Positions 1 through 12,194 are shown, numbered from the stretch's first letter. The stretch: 64,000 nucleotides of DNA from Hemiscyllium ocellatum (GCF_020745735.1 NC_083438.1:38421949-38485948); one strand, 5' to 3'. Notes: generated from the letters alone by a model not told the origin. A program made the numbers and translations.

Positions 1-185
1 GTGTGTACCATCCCCTACCCCCCCACCCCCCTCAGTAACAGCAGTGTGTACCATCCCCTCCCTCCCCCCACCCCCCTCAGTAACAGCAGTGTGTACCATC
101 CCCTCCCTCCCCCCACCCCCCCTCATTAACAGCAGTGTGTACCATCCCCTCCCTCCCCCACCCCCCTCAGTAACAGCAGTGTGTA
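1..185. repeat. ~34-37 bp minisatellite (CTCAGTAACAGCAGTGTGTACCATCCCCTCCCTCCCCC..), C-rich on +
   Basis: Tandem copies of cagtaacagcagtgtgtaccatcccct separated by C-runs; runs off the window start. Confidence 0.9.
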
Positions 186-425
186 CCAGCTACAAGACCC
201 ACTGCAGAAACTCACCAAAGACCCTCAGGCAGCACCTTCCAAACCCACGGCCCCTTCCATCTGGAAGGACAAGGGGCAGCAGGTACATGGGAACCCCACC
301 CCCCTGCAAGTTCCCCTCCCCTCACAATCCTGATTTAGGAATATATCAGCCTTCAGTGTCGCTCGGTCAGAATCCTGCAACTCCTACCCTCGCAGCACTG
401 TGGGTGTCACCCCACCACATGGATG
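170..425 (+). mobile_element. 3' fragment of a LINE ORF2 (L2/CR1-like), degenerate
   Basis: Translates to AVCTSYKTHCRNSPKTLRQHLPNPRPLP..HNPDLGIY; an inverted copy lies at 5320-5690. Clade assignment is from recall. Confidence 0.6.
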
Positions 426-607
426 GCAGCAGTTCTCGATCACTCGGGGTGTGGAATAAACGGGAATATTGCCAGCCCAGTCTCTGGTCAATGTCAAAAA
501 TTATCCAATATTCTGCATCAGGATATAGGAAGCGTGGGCTTGGTTTGAAAGCAGAAGGCTGGCAGAAAACATCTCTCAAAGTCGAGTGCTAAAGCTTGCA
601 AACATAC

Positions 608-656
608 CAGAGATTAGCGTGATGTACGCAGTTATCATCCAAATCATTAATGGCAT
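608..656 (-). CDS. Candidate signal-peptide (leader) exon of a minus-strand gene continuing left of the window
   Basis: ATG at 656 gives MPLMIWMITAYITLIS-G followed by a GTATGT donor (607-602); 49 nt, phase 1, hydrophobic, in non-repeat sequence. No downstream exon found. Confidence 0.3.
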
Positions 657-851
657 CCCGCACTGAGAATTCCTGTCTGTGGGTCTTTGTCAAACAGAAC
701 CTGACCCTCCTGACAATAAAGCACTCGTTCCCAAACCAAGCAGACTGCCTCTCTCTGACAAATCATGTATAACCTCTTGTGTTTGCAAAGGAAAGCAGAA
801 GTGACTTGAAATAGCAAATGATATGGGGAAGAGGTTCCTTAGTATATAAAT

Positions 852-1402
852 TGTGCTGGGATTGCAATCTGCTATAGTTCTACTTTGTGCTGGGAATATA
901 ATCTGCTGCTGTTTACTTTGTGCTGGGATTACAATCTGCTGTTGTTTTACTTTGTGTTGGGATTGCAATCTGCTGTTGTTTACGTTGTGTTGGGATTGCA
1001 ATCTGCTGTTGTTTACGTTGTGCTGGGAATACAATCTGCTGTTGTTTTACGTTGTGCTGGGATTGCAATCTGCTGTTGTTTACGTTGTGCTGGGAATACA
1101 ATCTGCTGTTGTTTTACATTGTGCTGGGATTGCAATCTGCTGTTGGTTACATTGTGCTGGGATTGCAATCTGCTGTTGGTTACGTTGTGCTGGGATTGTA
1201 ATCTGCTGTTGTTTTACTTTCTGCTGGGAATGCGATCTGCTGGTGTTTTACGTTGTGCTGGGAATATAATCTGCTGTTGTTTACGTTGTGCTGGGATTAC
1301 AATCTGCTGTTGTTTACGTCATGCTGGGAATACAATCTGCTGTTGTTTACGTTGTGCTGGGATTGCGATCTGCTGTTTTACGTTGTGCTGGGATTGCGAC
1401 CT
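852..1402. repeat. 33-34 bp tandem repeat (TGTGCTGGGATTGCAATCTGCTGTTGTTTACGT)
   Basis: About 16 diverged tandem copies; explains the Cys/Leu-rich ORFs at 853-1442. Confidence 0.9.
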
Positions 1403-1544
1403 GACATCCCATTTTGATCCCATCATCCAGTTGCCAGGATGAATCTAATCACTGAGCAACTGTAATTAAATCCTGATAAATGTGAGTTGATGGTCTCTGG
1501 AGAGTGGTACGGGCGACGTCCGCAATCTTGCGTTCAGTTGGGGT

Positions 1545-1985
1545 CTTGCACCAGTATCAAGACATTGTGAAACTTGAAAAGGTTCAGAAAAGATTTACAA
1601 GGATGTTGCCAGGGTTGGAGGATCTGAGCTACAGGGAGAGGCTGAACAGGCTGGGGCTGTTTTCCCTGGAGCGTCGGAGGCTGAGGGGTGACCTTATAGA
1701 GGTTTATAAAATCATGAGGGGCATGGATAGGGTAAATAGACAAGGTCTCTTCCCCCTGGGGTGGGAGAGTCCAGAACTAGAGGGGCATAGGTTTAGGGTG
1801 AGAGGGGAAAGATATAAAAGGGACCTGAGGGGCAACATTTTCATACAGAGGGTGGCCCGTGTATGGAATGAGCTGCCGGAGGAAGTGGTGGAGGCTGGTA
1901 CAATGACAGCATTTAAGAGGCATGTGTTGGGTATATGAATAGGAAGGGTTTGGAGGGATGCTGATAGGTGGGACTAGATTAGGTG
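1545..1985 (+). mobile_element. CR1 LINE 3' end fragment
   Basis: KLEKVQKRFTRMLPGLEDLSYRERLNRLGLFSLERRRLRGDLIEVYKIM, the typical CR1 ORF2 C-terminus. Confidence 0.9.
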
Positions 1986-2154
1986 AGATATCCTGACTCC
2001 CCAAAGCCTGTCCCACCACCGACAAGGCCCAAGGCAGGAGGGGGAAGGAATACTCCCCACTTGCCCCTGGATGGGGGCAGCTCCAACAACACTCGAGAAG
2101 CTCCACACCATCCAGGGACAAAGCAGCCCCCAGCTGGATTGGCCCCACACCCAC

Positions 2155-2322
2155 AAACATCCCCTCCCTCCCCCCACTGACGCTCAGTAACAGCAGTGTG
2201 TACCATCCCCTCCCTCCCCCCACTGACGCTCAGTAACAGCAGTGTGTACCATCCCCTCCCTCCCCCCACTGACGCTCAGTAACAGCAGTGTGTACCATCC
2301 CCTCCCTCCCTCCCCCCACTGA
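2155..2322. repeat. Short array of the same minisatellite as 1-185
   Basis: Repeats of ctcagtaacagcagtgtgtaccatcccctccctcccccc with a CACTGACG variant. Confidence 0.85.
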
Positions 2323-2879
2323 TGGGTTAGTCCGGAGGGTCTGTTTTTATGTTGTACACCTCTATCACTCTGAGAGGCATCACGACAAGGGAATGCTCAA
2401 TGAGTGATAGGGCACTGGGAAGCTCCGAGGAATACTGGGGGGGGGGGGGGGGGGGGGGTTGTCCATAGATTCTTAAAGGTGGTAGCGCAGGTTAATAGGG
2501 TGGTTCAGGAAGCTTGCCTTTATCAACTGGAGTGTAGATCCTGAGAGCAGGGAGGAGAGGCTGGAGCTGGACTGGACTTTGTAGGGGAAAAGGTCTGAGG
2601 CTTAACATGACAGTCTCGCCATTCTCAACCTCACCCTGGCCTGAGGAATGGTCGCTGTCAGGTCAAAACACCAGCAATCCTCTCTCTCTCTCTCTCTCTC
2701 TGACGAGATAGCCTTACTGTGGTCCTCAGGGACACTTCCAATCCTGGTGTGTGCAGTTCTGGGCCCCGAGAAGGACAGGGGCTGCACTGGTACAGAGGGA
2801 GGCAGACCAGGAAGTTGCCCTGGGATGGAGCAGTTCAGCGATGGAGGGGGAGTCTAGGGAAGAGCAGGCTGTTCCCTCT

Positions 2880-3200
2880 GGAACAGAGAATAGAGTCACA
2901 GAGATGCACAGCACAGAAAAAGACCATTCGGCCCAACTCGTCCATGCTGACCAGATGATCCTAAATTAATCCAGTCCCATTAGCCAGCACTTGGCCCATA
3001 TCTCACCAAACCCTTCCTATTCATATACCCATCCAGATGCCTTTTAAATGTTGCAATTGTACCAGCGTCCACCACATCCCCTGGCAGCTCATTCCATACA
3101 TGTACCACCCTCTGGGTGAAAATGTTGCGCCTTAGGTCCCTTTTATATCTTTCCCCTCTCGCCCTAAAGCTATGCCCTCTAGTTCTGGACTCCCCCCACC
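2880..3200 (-). mobile_element. CR1 LINE 3' end fragment
   Basis: Reverse complement of the CR1 C-terminal/3' UTR sequence seen at 1545-1985. Confidence 0.8.
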
Positions 3201-3404
3201 CCAGGGAAAAGATCTGTGAAGCGGAGGTTGAGGGGAGACCTGACAGAGGTGTAGACGGTTATGCAGGGCATGGACAGATTAGATTAGATTCTCTACAACG
3301 TGTAAATGGGCCATTTGTCCCAAAAACACACACCGAACCTCTGAAGGGGAACCGACACAGACTCATTCCCCTCCGACTAATGCACCTAACACCATGGGCA
3401 ATTT

Positions 3405-4782
3405 AGATTAGATGAGATTACTTACAGTGTGTAAACAGGCCATTCGGCCCAACAAGTCCACACCGACCCTCCGAAGAGCAACCCACCCAGACCCATTCCC
3501 CTACATTTACCCCTTCACCTAACACTATGGGCAATTTAGCATGACCAATTCACCTAACCTGTACATCCCTGGGCACTATGGGACAATTTCCCATGGCCAA
3601 TCCACCCTAACCTGCACATCCCAGGGCACTATGGGACAATTTCCCATGGCCAATCCACCCAAACCTGCACATCCCTGGACACTATGGGACAATTTCCCAT
3701 GGCCAATCCACCCTAACCTGCACATCCCTGGGCACTATGGGCAATTTAGCATGGCCAATCCACCCTAACCTGCACATCCCTGGACACTAGGGGACAATTT
3801 AGCATGGCCAATCCACCCTAACCTGCACATCCCTGGACACTATGGGACAATTTCCCATGGCCAATCCACCCTAACCTGCAAATCCCTGGACACTATGGGA
3901 CAATTTCCCATGGCCAATCCACCCTAACCTGCACATCCCTGGGCACTATGGGACAATTTCCCATGGCCAATCCACCCTAACCTGCACATCCCTGGGCACT
4001 ATGGGACAATTTCCCATAGCCAATCCACCCTAACCTGCACATCCCTGGGCACTATGGGACAATTTCCCATGGCCAATCCACCCTAAGCTGCACATCCCTG
4101 GACACTATGGGACAATTTCCCATGGCCAATCCACCCTAACCTGCACATCCCTGGACACTATGGGACAATTTCCCATGGCCAGTCCACCCTAACCTGCACA
4201 TCCCTGGACACTATGGGACAATTTCCCATGGCCAATCCACCCTAACCTGCACATCCCTGGGCACTATGGGACAATTTCCCATAGCCAATCCACCCTAACC
4301 TGCACATCCCTGGGCACTATGGGACAATTTCCCATGGCCAATCCACCCTAACCTGCACATCCCTGGACACTATGGGACAATTTCCCATGGCCAATCCACC
4401 CTAACCTGCACATCCCTGGGCACTATGGGCAATTTAGCATGGCCAATCCACCCTAACCTGCACATCCCTGGGCACTATGGGACAATTTCCCATGGCCAAT
4501 CCACCCTAACCTGCACATCCCTGGACACTATGGGACAATTTCCCATGGCCAATCCACCCTAACCTGCACATCCCTGGGCACTATGGGACAATTTAGCATG
4601 GCCAATCCACCCTAACCTGCACATCTTTGAATTGTGGGAGGAAACCGGAGCACCCAGAGGAAACCCACACAGACACGGGCAGAATGTGCAAACTCCAGAC
4701 AGAGAATTACCCCGAGACGGGAATCGAACCCGGGTCCCAGGCGTTCTGTGACGGCAGTGCAAACCACTGAGCCACCATGCCT
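3405..4782 (-). mobile_element. HE1-type tRNA-derived SINE with internal 53-bp tandem expansion
   Basis: TTAGA tail and CR1-like 3' part at 3405-3530, array at 3530-4625, then conserved core (tgtgggaggaaaccggagcaccc) and tRNA-like head to ~4782. Confidence 0.85.
3530..4625. repeat. 53-bp satellite array (~20 units)
   Basis: CTATG recurs at 3576 and 3629 (period 53); unit ctatgggacaatttcccatggccaatccaccctaacctgcacatccctgggca. Confidence 0.95.
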
Positions 4783-5319
4783 CCCTAGGGAGGAGGGGGT
4801 GGGGGAAAATGAAGTTGCTGAGCCTCTTACTCACAGGGTCAATGACAAGGTTGGGGGGTGTGGTGGGGATGCATCACTTAGAAATGACGGGCAGGAAATT
4901 GAGAGGGGATTTGAGGAGGGGCATTTTCACCCAGGGGGTAGGGGTGTATGGGTTTGGAATGAACTGCCTGGGGGTGGGGGTGGTGGGGAGGGTTAGTTGA
5001 GGTGGGAAACTTCACAACATTTGAAAAGCACATGGATGACTACTTGGGAAAGTCATAACATTCAAGGTGATGGGGCTAGAGCAGGCAAGAGGGCTTGCTG
5101 TTGATGGGTCAGTGCTAACCCGATGGGCCGAAGGGTCTCTCCCATGCTGCGTGGCTGCGCTGTCGACAGACAAGAGAAAATAGGAAGAGAGTCTGTCAGC
5201 CAGAACTAACCCTCAACGACACAATAAACTTCCATTTACAGAGAACGGAGGAGATCTTGCTTTCAAGTTGGAAGTGAGCGCACGAGACACAAGGCTAGCA
5301 ATTATTCTTATTCACTCAT

Positions 5320-5690
5320 AAGGAGGGGGTGTCATGTGCTGGCTGGGCCCAGTATTTATCACCCCCCTGTCCCTAGTTGCCCCCCTTGAGAAGGTGGGGG
5401 TGAGCTGCCTCCTTGACCCCCTGCAGTCCATGTGCTGTAGGGTAGACCCACAATGTCCCTGAGGGAGGGAATCGCAGGATTCTGACCCAGGAAGGAACGG
5501 CCGATATATTTCCAAGTCGGGATGGTGAGGGGAGGGGAACTTGCAGGGGGGTGGGGTTCCCATGGACCTGCTGCCCCTTGTCCTTCCAGATGGAAGGGGC
5601 CATGGGTTTGGAAGGTGCTGCCTGAGGGTCTTTGGTGAGTTTCTGCAGTGGGTCTTGTAGCTGGTACAACACTGCTGTTACTGAGGGGGG
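5320..5690 (-). mobile_element. LINE ORF2 3' end fragment (same family as 170-425)
   Basis: Minus-strand translation includes HHPDLEIYRPF and GLQGVKEAAHPHLLKG; mirrors 170-425. Confidence 0.65.
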
Positions 5691-6740
5691 GCGGTGGGGA
5701 GGGGATGGTACACACTGCTGTTACTGGGGGGGGGAGGGAGGGGATGGTACACACTGCTGTTACTGAGGGGGGGGTGGGGGGAGGGAGGGGATGGTACACA
5801 CTGCTGTTACTGAGGGGGGTGGGGAGAGGGAGGGGATGGTACACATTGCTGTTACTGAGGGGGGGTGGGGGGGAGGGGATGGTACACACTGCTGTTACTG
5901 AGGGGGGTGGGGGAGTGAGGGGATGGTACACACTGTTGCTACTGGGGGGGGGGGGGGGAGGGAGGGGATGGTACACACTGCTGTTACTGAGGGGGGGAGG
6001 AGGGAGGGGATGGTACACACTGCTGTTACTGAGGGGGCGAGGGAGGGGATGGTACACACTGCTGTTACTGAGGGGGGTGGGGGGGAGGGAGGGGATGGTA
6101 CACACTGCTGTTACTGAGGGGGCGTGGGGGGAGGGAGGGGATGGTACACACTGCTGTTACTGAGGGGGGTGGGGGGAGGGGATGGGACACACTGCTGTAA
6201 CTGAGGGGGGTGGGGGGAGGGAGGGGATGGTACACACTGTTGCTACTGGGGGGGTGGGGGGGAGGGAGGGGATGGTACATACTGCTGTTACTGAGGGGGG
6301 GTGGGGGGAGGGAGGGGATGGTACACACTGCTGTTACTGAGGGGGGGTGGGGAGAGGGAGGGGATGGTGCACACTGCTGTTACTGAGGGGGGGAGGGAAT
6401 GGAACACACTGCTGTTACTGAGGGGGGGAGGAGGGAGGGGATGGTACACACTGCTGTTACTGGGGGGGTTGGGGGGAGGGAGGTGATGGTGCACACTGCT
6501 GTTACTGAGGGGAGGAGGGGATGGTACACACTGCTGTTACTGAGTGTCGGTGAGGGTGGGAGGGAGGGGATGGTACACACTGCTGCTACTGTGCGTCGGT
6601 GGGGGGAGGGAGGGGATGGAGCACACTGCTGTTACTGAATGTCGGCGTGTGAGGGAGGGAACGGAACATACTGCGGTTATTGAGCGTCAGTGTGGGGAGG
6701 GAGGCGATGGTACACACTGCTGTTACAGAACTTTTGTGGT
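5670..6740. repeat. G-rich ~35 bp minisatellite (GGGGAGGGAGGGGATGGTACACACTGCTGTTACTGA)
   Basis: Roughly 28-30 tandem copies; reverse complement of the array at 1-185. Further copies at ~7950-8245. Confidence 0.9.
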
Positions 6741-6789
6741 TGGGGGGGATGGGGATGGTACAAACTACTGTTGTTGTGGTTCTGTTCGC

Positions 6790-8840
6790 CGACCTAGGAG
6801 TTTTTCTTGTAAATGTTTCATCCCCTTTCTAGGTGCCATCCTCAGTGCTTGGGAGCCTCCTGTGAAGCGCTTCTGTGATGTTTCCTCCGGCATTTATACT
6901 GGTTTGAATCTGCCGCTTCCGGTTGGCAGTTGCTGTGCCGGTATATAGGGTCTCGGTCGATGTGTCTGTTGATAGAATCTGTGGATGAGTGCCATGCTTC
7001 TAGGAATTCCCTGGCTGTTCCCTGTTTGGCCTGTCCTATAATAGTGGTGTTGTCCCAGGCGAATTCATGTTGTTTGTCATCTGAGTGTACGGCTACTAGG
7101 GATAGCTGGTCGTGTCGTTTCGTGACTAGTTGGTGTTCATGGATGCGGGTTGTTAGCTGTCTTCCTGTTTGTCCTATGTAGTGTTTTGTGCAGTCCTTGC
7201 ATGGGATTTTGTGCACTACGTTGGTTTTGCTCATGCTGGGTATCGGGTCCTTTGTCCTGGTGAGTTGTTGTCTGAGAGTGGCTGTTGGTTTGTGTGCTGT
7301 TATGAGTCCTAGTGGTCGCAGTAGCCTGGCTATCAGTTCGGAAATGCTCCTGATGTATGGGAGTGTGGCTAGTCCTTTGGGTTGCGCATGTCCTCGTTCC
7401 GTTGTCTTTCCCTGAGGCATCTGTTGATGAAATTGCGCGGATATCCGTTTTTGTTAAATACTTTGTATAGGTGTTCTTCTTCCTCTTTTTGTAGTTCAGG
7501 TGTGCTGCAGTGTGTTGTGGCCATTTTGAATAATGTCCTGATGCGACTTCGTTTCTGTGTGTTGGGGTGGTTGCTTTCATAGTTCAGGACTTGGTCTGTA
7601 TGTGTGGCTTTTCTGTATACCTTCATGGTGAATTCTCCATTCGGTGTTCTTTGTACCATCATCCACTGGGACTCATAACAGCACACAAACCAACAGCCTC
7701 TCTCAGACAACAACTCACCGGGACAAAGGACCCGATACCCAACATGAGCAAAACCAACGTAGTGTATAAATTCCCATGCAAGGACTGCACAAAACATTAC
7801 ATAGGACAAACAGGAAGACAGCTAACAACCCGCATCCATGAACACCAACTAGCCAAGGAACGACACGACCAGCTATCCCTAGTAGCCGTACACTCAGATG
7901 ACAAGCAACAACAACGAGCATCCGAGCTACAAATCTTCTCCCAAACTTTGAACACATTGCTGTTGCTGAGCGTCGGTGGTGGGAGGGAGGGGATGGTACA
8001 CACTGCTGTTACTGAGTGTCGGTGAGGGGGGGAAGGGAGTGGATGGTACACACTGCTGTTACTGTGCGTCGGTGGGGGGAGGGAGGGGATGGAGCACACT
8101 GCTGTTACTGAATATCGGCGTGTGAGGGAGGGAACGGAACATACTGCGGTTATTGAGCGTCAGTGTGGGGAGGGAGGGGATGGTACACACTGCTGTTACA
8201 GAACGTCGGTGGTGGGGGGGAATGGGGATGGTACAAACTACTGTTGTTGTGGTTCTGTTCGCCGACCTAGGAGTTTTTCTTGTAAATGTTTCATCCCCTG
8301 TCTAGGTGACATCCTCAGTGCTTGGGAGCCTCCTGTGAAGCACTTCTGTGATGTTTCCTCCGGCATTTATACTGGTTTGAATCTGCCGCTTCCGGTTGGC
8401 AGTTGCTGTGCCGGTATATAGGGTCTCGGTCGATGTGTCTGTTGATAGAATTTGTGGATGAGTGCCATGCCTCTAGGAATTCCCTGGCTGTTCCCTGTTT
8501 GGCTTGTCCTATAATAGTGGTGTTGTCCCAGTCGATTTCATGTTGTTTGTCATCTGAGTGTACGGCTACTAAGGATAGCTGGTCGTGTTGTTTCATGGCT
8601 AGTTGGTGTTCATGGATGCGGGTTGTTAGCTGTCTTCCTGTTTGTCCTATGTAGTGTTTTGTGCAGTCCTTGCATGGGATTATATGTTGGTTTTGCTCAT
8701 GTTGGGTATCGGGTCCTTTGTCCTGGTGAGTTGTTGTCTGAGAGAGGCTGTTGGTTTGTGTGCTGTTATATACCGGCCACTGCAGCGGACAGCAACTGAC
8801 AACCGGAAGCGGCAGATTCAAACCAGTATAAATGCCGGCG
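6790..8840 (-). mobile_element. Penelope-like retroelement remnants (RT C-terminus plus GIY-YIG endonuclease) with inverted and duplicated segments
   Basis: VYRKATHTDQVLNYESNHP..FNKNGYP (RT thumb) and NVVHKIPCKDCTKHYIGQTGRQLTTRIHEH (GIY-YIG). The endonuclease segment occurs three times: 6842-7420 (-), ~7665-7915 (+), 8315-8760 (-). Confidence 0.9.
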
Positions 8841-9569
8841 GGGTCTGCGACATTGTCTGTATGGTATGATTCCCCAAGTGTGGCTGTGTCAGGCTGTTGC
8901 TTGGCCAGTCTGTGGGACAGCTCTCCCAGTGTAGGCACTAGGCCCCCAGATATTAATGAGGAGGGCTTTATAGGGTTGGACAGGGGTCCTTCTGCTGGTG
9001 TCTTTTCCAATGCCTCAGTGGTCCATCTGGTTTCATTTCTTTGAGACTTTGTAGCGATTAGTAAAACTGAGTGGCTTGCTCGGCCATTTCAGAGGGCAAT
9101 TATGAGTCAAACCCATTGCAGTGGGTCTGGAGTCATGTGTAGGCCAGACCAGGTAAGATTTACTTCCCCGAAGGACATTAGTGAACCAGATGGGTTTTAA
9201 AATCACAAGAAATAACAAGGTGGAGGGTACATTTTTACTGTACAAAGGGGAGAGCACTGATTGACTGGCCAGTGGACTCTGATTTGTATCGACATTGCTT
9301 TGGGAAATGCACCAGTTGATGGTGACTGACAGTTAACTGCCGAGCCAGGTTTTATCCTAAGCAGCTGGATTCTGATTGCTCAAGTCACCAAGAAATGAAC
9401 CAGCGAATGACTCTCACCTGGTTTCTGTCAGCAAATGACAGTGCACTGTCCCTTGATATCTGTAACCCCAAGCCCAATTAGCAACGTGACTGCCCGTCTG
9501 TTTCGTGCATATTCAGGATTATTCAACATAAATTCACAATTAACTTCCAGTCATTGACATGGTGATAGA

Positions 9570-10150
9570 AACATAGACAATAGGTGCAGGAGTTGGCCAT
9601 TCGGCCCTTCCAGCCTGCCCCACCATCCAATACGATCATGGCTGACTGTAGAATCTCAGGATCCCATTCCCACCCTCTCCCCTTGATCCCTTTAGCCTCA
9701 TGATCCACATCCACCTCCCTCTTGGATGTATCTAATGAACTGGCCCCCAACAGCTTCCTGTGGGACAGAATTCCACAGGCTCCCAACTCCCTGAGTGAAG
9801 ACATTCTCCCTCATCTCAGTCCGGAATGGCTTCCCCCTTTATTCTGAGGCTGTGACCCCCTAGTTCTGGATTTCCCCAACATTTCTCCCACATCCAGCCT
9901 GTCCAGTCCCATCAGGATTGTATAGGTTTCTATGAGAATCCACCCCGACATTCCCCTAAATTCCAGTCAATCCAGCCTTCCCTCATGTGTCAGTCCCGGG
10001 AATCAGTCTGCTGAACCTTCGCTGGGATCCCTCAATAGCGGGAATGTCCCATCCTCAAGACTAGGAGACCGAATCTGCACACAATCCTCAAGGAGTAGCC
10101 TCAACAAGGCGCTGGGTAACTGCAGCAGGACGCCCTCACTGCAATACCCC
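9570..10150 (-). mobile_element. Degenerate CR1 3' fragment
   Basis: Starts with an inverted CR1 3' UTR (ataggtgcaggag..ggccattcggccc) followed by decayed ORF2 sequence. Confidence 0.7.
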
Positions 10151-11079
10151 AATCCTCTCGCTAGGGAGGCCAGCATCAGCTCCCCCTCACTGCTTGCTCC
10201 CCCCCACCGCCTGCCAACCTCAGAGACTGTTCCACTGAGACACCCAGGTGTTTGTCCCAAGTAGTGTCCAATCACATTCAATTGCAGGTAGCACCCAATT
10301 GGCACTCCCTGCTTGTACAATATATTCTCGTGATTCTTGCAAAGTGTCCTGATGTGCCGTAAGATGTAAAGCTCTGTTAAGATGTGTCCCTTTCTCTTTC
10401 GCGATACAAGTTCAACTTTGAAAGCCCTGCACTTGGAAGCCTGAAATGACGAGAGCACTCATCACTGGCGTTTCAGAGCTCACATGTTGTTTTGCAGGAG
10501 ACGCAGAGCTGAGACGGGACGAGACGTCGTGTGTGCATCAGGCCGGAGAGGCAAGAAAGTATGGGAGCAACACTTCATACGGCATGGGGAAAGGGAATGA
10601 TCAATTTGGGAGGGACATGCAGCAAGAAGTGCTCACTGAGAAGATCAGCGGAAGGATCATGAGGCTTTGAATTGTGATTAATTGTTGCATTGCCTCGTAG
10701 GAGGAGTAGGGGACCTGTTAACACCTTTTCTGCTTCGTTCACTGTAAACCGTGCATCATCGCGACAGGGGAATAGGGCAATGACACAGATCACTTGCCAA
10801 GTCTTAATTTAACCTTCTTCAGAAAGGAAGAGGGAGTGTATATACCAACACTCTGTCGTTGCTGATGTGTTAGGGAGGAGTCATATCTTTCGTTTGAAAA
10901 GGGATAAAACATTTGCAAATTTAAAATTTACTAACCATGCTTCTTATCTTCACACCCAAATGATTTATATAAATAAAAGCTTAGCACTGATCCCTGTGGC
11001 ACAGCACTGTTCACAGGCCTTCAGTCCAATAAGCAACCCTCTACCACCACCCTCTGTCTCCTACTTTCTTGCCAACCTT

Positions 11080-11310
11080 TAGATTAGATTAGATTACTTA
11101 CAGTGTGGAAACAGGCCCTTCGGCCCAACAAGTCCACACCGACCCGCCGAAGCGAAACCCACCCATACCCCTACATTTACCCCTTACCTAACACTACGGG
11201 CAATTTAGCATGGCCAATTCACCTGACCCGCACATCTTTGGACTGTGGGAGGGAACCGGAGCACCCGGAGGAAACCCACGCAGACACGGGGAGAACGTGC
11301 AAACTCCCTT
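11080..11310 (-). mobile_element. HE1-type SINE, head truncated
   Basis: (TTAGA)n tail, acagtgtggaaacaggcccttcggccc, conserved core. Confidence 0.9.
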
Positions 11311-12194
11311 GTATCCAATTAGTTAGCTACCTTGGATCCCAAGTGATCTAGCCTGACTAATCAGTCTACTGTGTGGAAATTTGATGAATGCTTTGGTGAA
11401 GTCCATATAGACAACATCTACCACTATGCTGTTAGGTCAAAGTAGTTCATATCAAATTGACATGAAAGACAGCTGAGACGTAAACGTTTTGTCCATTTCC
11501 TGAACAACTGAGCAGGTTGTGGCCTTGACAGAAGGTAGGATGTACATGCCAGCCTGATCTTGGAGGGAGTAAATTCGAGACCATTACTTTCAAAATAAAT
11601 TGTCTTCATCTCACCACTGGCTCATTGGCCAATTGCCTTCAATTGAATTTTTTTTGACAGTGAAAATATATTTCTTTTGTTCACTGATGGGATGTGGGTG
11701 TCACTGGCTGGGTCCAACAGTTCCTAGTTACCCTTGAGTTTCTACATTTTTATTCTATCGAAATCCTTCATAATTTTCACTAGCCTAATTAAAATTCTCC
11801 CTGGAGTCTTTCCTGATGTGATCAGAATAATTTATTTCTTTTTAGGTTCTACACCTTGCCCCAGTCTGAGTACCAAGCTCCTGATAAACCTCTGCCATCT
11901 TTTTTTTCAAGACTTTATCTAACATTTTTAATTTTGTATGGCCTCACCTTCAATTCCAAAACCCAAGCATCCCCCGATCCCTTTTTCAACAGCATCATAA
12001 TTTGTTCTGTGATTGCCAATTTCTGGATATAAACCCATTGCTTCTCCCCACCCCAGGAGGAATGTTGCTTTGTTCCTTAGGAGCCCACTTCTCTGCCATA
12101 ACGCATTGCAGTAAATTGGAGGATATTCCACTCTTGGCCACAGCATTACTTCCATCAGCACCGGAGCTCATTTGTGGGCTCTGCACATTTGCAG

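Noticed and set aside
853-1442. Cys-rich, hydrophobic ORFs resembling keratin-associated or metallothionein proteins
   Set aside because: All frames are open because of the 33-34 bp repeat; no splice or homology support.
5359-6638. Pro-rich and Gly-rich ORFs up to 248 aa
   Set aside because: Translations of the G/C-rich minisatellite.
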